Below are positions 59,354 to 64,000 of a stretch of DNA of 64,000 nt, piece after piece. A program made the translations under genes and the position numbers. The notes beneath the pieces are model-generated. The model ran no database searches and was not told where the DNA came from. It saw nothing but the letters and a program-made list of their open reading frames with translations. Each line of letters opens with the position of its first letter. Within the stretch, counting starts at the first letter, position 1. Origin of the DNA: Scenedesmus sp. PABB004 (lineage: Eukaryota); NCBI GenBank assembly GCA_014905635.1, contig JABVCE010000018.1, positions 124,001 to 188,000 on the forward strand, written 5' to 3'.

Positions 59354-60189
59354 GCTGCCTCTCCTCGTGGTGAGCGCGCGCCGGAAGCACCACTGGCGCC
59401 GGGCGCGGCCTCCGCGGCGTGCGAATGGCGCTGGGCGCGCACGGACGACGCGGGGCGGCGCGGCGGAAGGTGCGGCGAGCAGCGGCGCCGCGGGTCACAC
59501 TGCCCGGCTGCAGCGGACGGAGGGCGCGGAGGGCGAGCTGTGCATGGGGGCGCGCAACGCGCGGCCGGCAGGCGGTGCGCGTCACCGGCACGCGGCGTGG
59601 CGTCCGCCAGGCTGCCGCTGCCGGCACCGACGCTCTTCTCTCTCCGGCAATTACCGCCGCCACTCCAACACCACGGCGCGCACATAGTTTGGCCGCCGCC
59701 GGCGGCGCGTTTGCTGCGCAGCGCGGGGCGCGACCTCCACAGCTCAGTCTCGCGTGGGTCAAGTCGCACCACGCACAACGTCAGCACGGCGCAAAGTTGG
59801 CGCCAGGCGATCACCACAGCTCGTCGGGGTTCCAAGGCCCTCCCCCACGCGGGCGCAGGGGCGGCGCGCGCGGCCGCGATCAGCGGCGCCCGCGACGCCG
59901 CCCCTGCCGTGCCGTCGGGCCGCAGAGAGGCGGCCGTCATTGCACGCTGCCGCCGCGCACGCCCGCCGCGCGCGAGCGCGCGCTAGCTGGAAACAATCCG
60001 CCCGGGCGCCGCCCCAGGCGAGGGAGGGGCGGGCCGCGGCGCGCCCCCGCGCTCGTGTGCTCAGCGGGCCCCCGCCGCGCTCGCCGCATTTGTTGTCGCC
60101 GCCGCCGCCGCCGCGCGGGGCGCGCCGCTCGCTCGCGCGCCTGGCCCGCCGCCCCCCCACCGCCGCCGCCGCGGCGCGCGGCGCGCGCC

Positions 60190-61084
60190 TCACTGCGGCA
60201 CGGCGGCGGCCACGGGCGCGGCCGCCCCCGCGGCCGTGGGGTGCAGGCCTGCCTTGGAGAGCAGGGCGTTGATCATGTTGGTGAACTCCGCCTTGTCCAG
60301 CTTGCCGTCGGCGCCCGCGGTCTTGGCAAACACGCCGTCGATGTGCGCGGGCGTGACCTGCGGGATCTTGGCCATCGCGACGACCTTGGTCGCGCACGCG
60401 TGGGCCTCGCCGGCCTCGATGAAGCCGCTGCGGGCGTGGCGCGGCGGCGCGGCGCGGCGGCGCGGTGAGCGGGCGGCGCGCGCGGGCGGCGTCGGCGGGC
60501 GAGCGGGCGGCGAGCGGGCGGCGCCGCGCGCGGGTCGCCGCGCGCGCACCTCTTGTCCTTGTCGAACATGCCGAAGCACTTGTCGATGATCGGGCCCATC
60601 TTCTTGGGGTCGTGGACCACGGCGTCGGCCGCGCCCATGCACTGGGGCGGCGGGCGCCGGCGGGCGGCGGGCGCCGGCGGGCAGCGGCGGCGCCGGGTGG
60701 GTGCGCGTGAGGGCCCGCGGCTCCCGCACGGTCTGCGCCCTCGCGATGGATCCCGCGCGTTGCGAGCCGCGCGGGCGAGAACGGGCCGCCCCATGCGCGC
60801 GCCCAACGGCCGGCCCGCGCCGGAAGCAGCAGCGCGGCCGGTCACGACGCGCGCGCGGCCTCTGCCGGTCCCCATTGGCAGGTCCATGCTCGCGCCAGGT
60901 CCCGGCCGCGCGCCGCTGGCACCACGCTGCCCCGGCGCGGCGACCGGCAGCGCCGTGCTGCCGGGCGCAACAACGCGGTGCGGACACGGTTCCGCGGCCC
61001 GCGAATCGGCGATCCAGCGACCGGCGTCGATCGCGGGGCGCGGCGTGCGTTTGCCGAGCGCACCTTGGCGAGGAGGGCACCCAT
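60190..61084 (-). CDS. Small EF-hand Ca2+-binding protein with a putative N-myristoylation/palmitoylation signal, 3 exons
   Basis: Exons 61084-61064, 60641-60550 and 60427-60190 give MGALLAKCMGAAD..., a canonical EF loop DKDKSGFIEAGE and a degenerate loop AGADGKLDKAEF. Confidence 0.75.
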
Positions 61085-61269
61085 CCTGATGATGCGACCG
61101 CGTGGCTGCGGGACGGACGCAGGGAAGGCTGCGGGAGAGTGCGGGCAGAGCGGAGAGTGCGGGCAGCGGGGTGCCGGGGCGGTGGATGACCGGCGAGCCG
61201 CCGCGCGGCGGCGGGCGGCGGCGCTTCAGCGACCAGGGCCCGGGTGCGCAAAGATTACTGCCTCTGCGC

Positions 61270-63102
61270 TCACTCCTCGTACGCGACGGCGACGAGCGCG
61301 GGGCGCACGAGGCGGCCGCCGACGGCGTAGCCGCTGCGCAGGACGCGCAGCACGTCGCCGTCCGCGGCGCCCGCGGGCGCGGGCTGGCGCATGACCGCCT
61401 CCATCGTCGCGGGGTCAAAGGGACTGCCCGCGACGCCGTCGTCGCCGTCGCCGATCACCGTCACGCCCTGCGACCTGGCGGCGGCGCCGACGGCGCCGTG
61501 AGCGGCGCGGGCGCGCCTCTCGCGCGGGGGCAGCCGGCGGCGCCCACGGCGCCCGCGGCGCGCACGCGCGCGCCAGCGCGCGCACCTGAGCAGCTCCAGC
61601 AGCTGCACGCGCACCGCCTGGAACGCGGCGTGCACGCGCGCCTCGCCCGGCGGCAGCGCGCCGCCCGAGGCGGCGGCCTGCGCGTCGGCGGCCGCTGCGG
61701 CGGCGTCCAGCGCGTCCGCCAGCGGCAGCAGCTTGCCCACCACCTCCGCGACCGCGGCCTCGCGCACGCCCGCGCGTTCCGCGTCGGCGCGCTGCCGCGC
61801 GCGGTCAAAGTCGGCGCGCAGCGCCGCGAGCTGCCGCGCGAGCGGGTCCGCAGCGGCCGCGGCGTCGGCCGCCGCGCGCGCCGCCGCGGGCGCGACCGCG
61901 GCCAGCGCCGCGCGCTCGGCCAGCTTCGCCCTGAGCTCCTGCTGCCGCTGCTCGATCGCCTCCAGGCAGCCCAGCAGCAGGTTGCGGCTGGGCGCGCCGC
62001 TCGCGAGGCTCTTGGCCGCCGCGGCGTACGCAGGCTCACCCGAGGAACCCAGCGGGCGGCGGGGGCGGCGGCGCTGCGCCCCCGCGGCACCGCCCGCCGC
62101 GCCCCGCGCCGGCTGGCCCTCCTGCTGCTTCCTGTGCGGATCGCGCTTGTGGCGCCGGCTCGCGTGGCCCGCCGCCGCCGCCGCCGGCGGCGGCGGCGGC
62201 GGCTGCTGCGCCGCGCCGCGGCGCTCCGCCTCGCCCAGCTGCTGCACCGCCGCGCGCAGCTCGCTCGAGCCCGCCTCGAGGTCCGCCAGGCTCATCGCCT
62301 CGCCGTCCAGGGTGACGCCGCCCGCGCCGTCGCCGGCGCCGCCCAGCTCCGCGAGCGCCTCTGCCCGCGCGTCGGCGTCCACGCCCGCGCCGTCCACCTC
62401 GGCCATCAGTCCAGCGAGCGCCGCCGCCGCGTCGGCGGCGGACCGCCGCTGCGCCGGCGCGATGCCGCCGCGGGCCGCGCCGCGCAGCGCGGGCGCGCCG
62501 CCGTCGCCGTCAAACGCGACTGGGATGTCGCGCGGCGCCGCGGCGCCGGCCGCCGCGGCGCCGGCCGCCGCGCCGCCTGCGCCGCCCTCGGGCGCGCGCC
62601 GCTGCGCGCCGGCGGCCGCGGCGGGCGCCGCGCGGCGGCCAAACAGCTCCTCGCTGTCGTCGAGGCGCTGCTGCAGCTCGGCGGCGGGGCTCAGGCCCGC
62701 GCCGTCGCCGCCGGCCCAGCGCGCGGCCTGCTCGTCGGCCCAGGCAGCGGGCGCGGCGGCCTCCACGCCACCCGCCGCAGTGGCAGCCGGGGCGGCGCCG
62801 CCGGCGCGGGCCGGGCTGGCGGGCGCGTCGTCGCCGTCCGACACCGCGGTGGTGGCGTGCGGCAGCCCGCCGCCCTGGGCCTGCCTGCGCGCGTCGCCGG
62901 CGTCTGCCGACTGCAGCGCCGCGCTCATCAGCTCGTCGAGAGACGACAGCGGGGCGCCGCGCAGCTCGCCGCCGCCCTGGTGCTGCCTGTGCTTGTGCCG
63001 CAGCTGGTGGTGGCCGTGGCCCTTGGCCTTGCCCCGCTTGTGCGCGACCGCCCTGCGCAGCTCGCTCTCCACGCCACCTTGCTGCTGCTGTTGCTGCTGC
63101 GC

Positions 63103-63133
<31 letters not shown>

Positions 63134-63805
63134 GCCTGCAGCGCCTGCTGCTGCGCCTGCCTGCGGCGCTCCTGCTCCGCCGCCTCTGCCTCCAGCCGGC
63201 GCGCCTGCGCCATCTGCTGCTCCCGGGCCCGTGCCGCCTCCTGCCGTGCCGCTGCCGCCTCCTGGGCTGCCGCCGCCTCCCGCCGTGCCGCCTCCTGTGC
63301 CGCGGCCGCCTCCCGCCGGGCCACCTCCTGCCGCGCGGCCTCCTGCGCCGCCGCGGCCGCCTCCTGCGCCGCCGCCGCCTCCTGCGCCGCCTCCTCGTCT
63401 GCAACAATGTTTCGATACCAGTCCGCCGCCCGCGCGCCGCCGAGCAGCGCGAGCGCCTTCACGCAGCTGACCAGCGCCTCGCGCGCCGCGGCCGCGCCGT
63501 CGTCGTCGCCGCCGCCGCCGCCCGCCGGCAGGCCCGCGGCGGCGCGGCGCGCCGCGGCGCTGCCGCTGCCGATGGCGGCCGCGAGCTGCTCGAGGCGCGC
63601 CTCGGCGCGCGCCGTCCACTCGCGCCCCGGCGCCGCGCGCATGAGCATCAGCGCGCTCGCGAGGCGCTCCAGGTCGGGCAGCGACGCCGCGGGCAGCAGC
63701 TCCCCGGCAGCCGCGACCGCCAGGCGCAGCCAAGCCTCGCCCGGATTGAGCCCCAGCACAGCGAGGCTGTGCAGCAGCTCGCCCAGCTGGCGGGGGCCAA
63801 AGCTC

Positions 63806-63839
<34 letters not shown>

Positions 63840-64000
63840 GCTGCAGCTGCGCCTGCAGGAGCGCCCGCGCGCGCGCCAGCGCGGCGGTGACGAGGTCGCG
63901 GCTGTACAACCCCAGCTCAGCACAGCTGCTGACCAGCCCCGCCACGCTCGCGGCGTCGGCGGCGCCGACGCGGCCCCGCGCCAGCTCAAACAGCTCGCCC
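61270..64000 (-). CDS. Large OPR-like repeat protein with a C-terminal GrpE (Hsp70 nucleotide-exchange factor) domain; 5' part outside the window
   Basis: One continuous ORF: OPR-like FGPRQLGELLHSLAVLGLNPGEAW and ALMLMRAAPGREW, a low-complexity linker, then GrpE LRADFDRARQR..EVVGKLLPLADAL..GSPFDPATMEAVM..VLRVLRSGYAVGGRLVRPALVAV. Intron at 61475-61585. Confidence 0.8.

Overview
Gene-dense eukaryotic nuclear DNA with extremely high GC (roughly 75-80% by eye). It is almost certainly from a chlorophyte green alga: it has short GC-rich introns with GTGCG/GTGAG donors, GCTCAC/GCTGAC branch points and (C)GCAG acceptors, TGTAA poly(A) signals, OPR proteins and plastid-targeted genes. Sphaeropleales/Scenedesmus-like is my inference. 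The long six-frame ORFs are mostly GC artefacts. Manual splicing gives about 25 genes: a DDB1/RSE1-like propeller (partial), an RSPH10B-like MORN protein, an ARM-like protein, an ankyrin protein, ATG8, NHP2, a DoxX-like protein, a BRE1/HUB E3 ligase, the TFIIA large subunit, VTE3, a secreted orphan, an F-box protein, an ELIP-like protein, an Arb1-like protein, SppA, two head-to-head OPR proteins, PIH1D3/TWI1, IFT88, a stand-alone response-regulator receiver, a hypothetical plastid protein, a RING-TRAF protein, a secreted Reeler/Ig-like protein, an acylated EF-hand protein and an OPR-GrpE fusion (partial). The most striking gene (51897-57482) joins a RING/TRAF-zinc-finger E3 module to tandem, highly diverged histone folds (H4?-H2B-H2A-H3) in one chain. 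Also notable are a candidate algal homologue of the fungal Argonaute chaperone Arb1, the OPR-GrpE fusion and about 10 GC-AG introns. All family calls come from motif recognition by eye. No database search was run.
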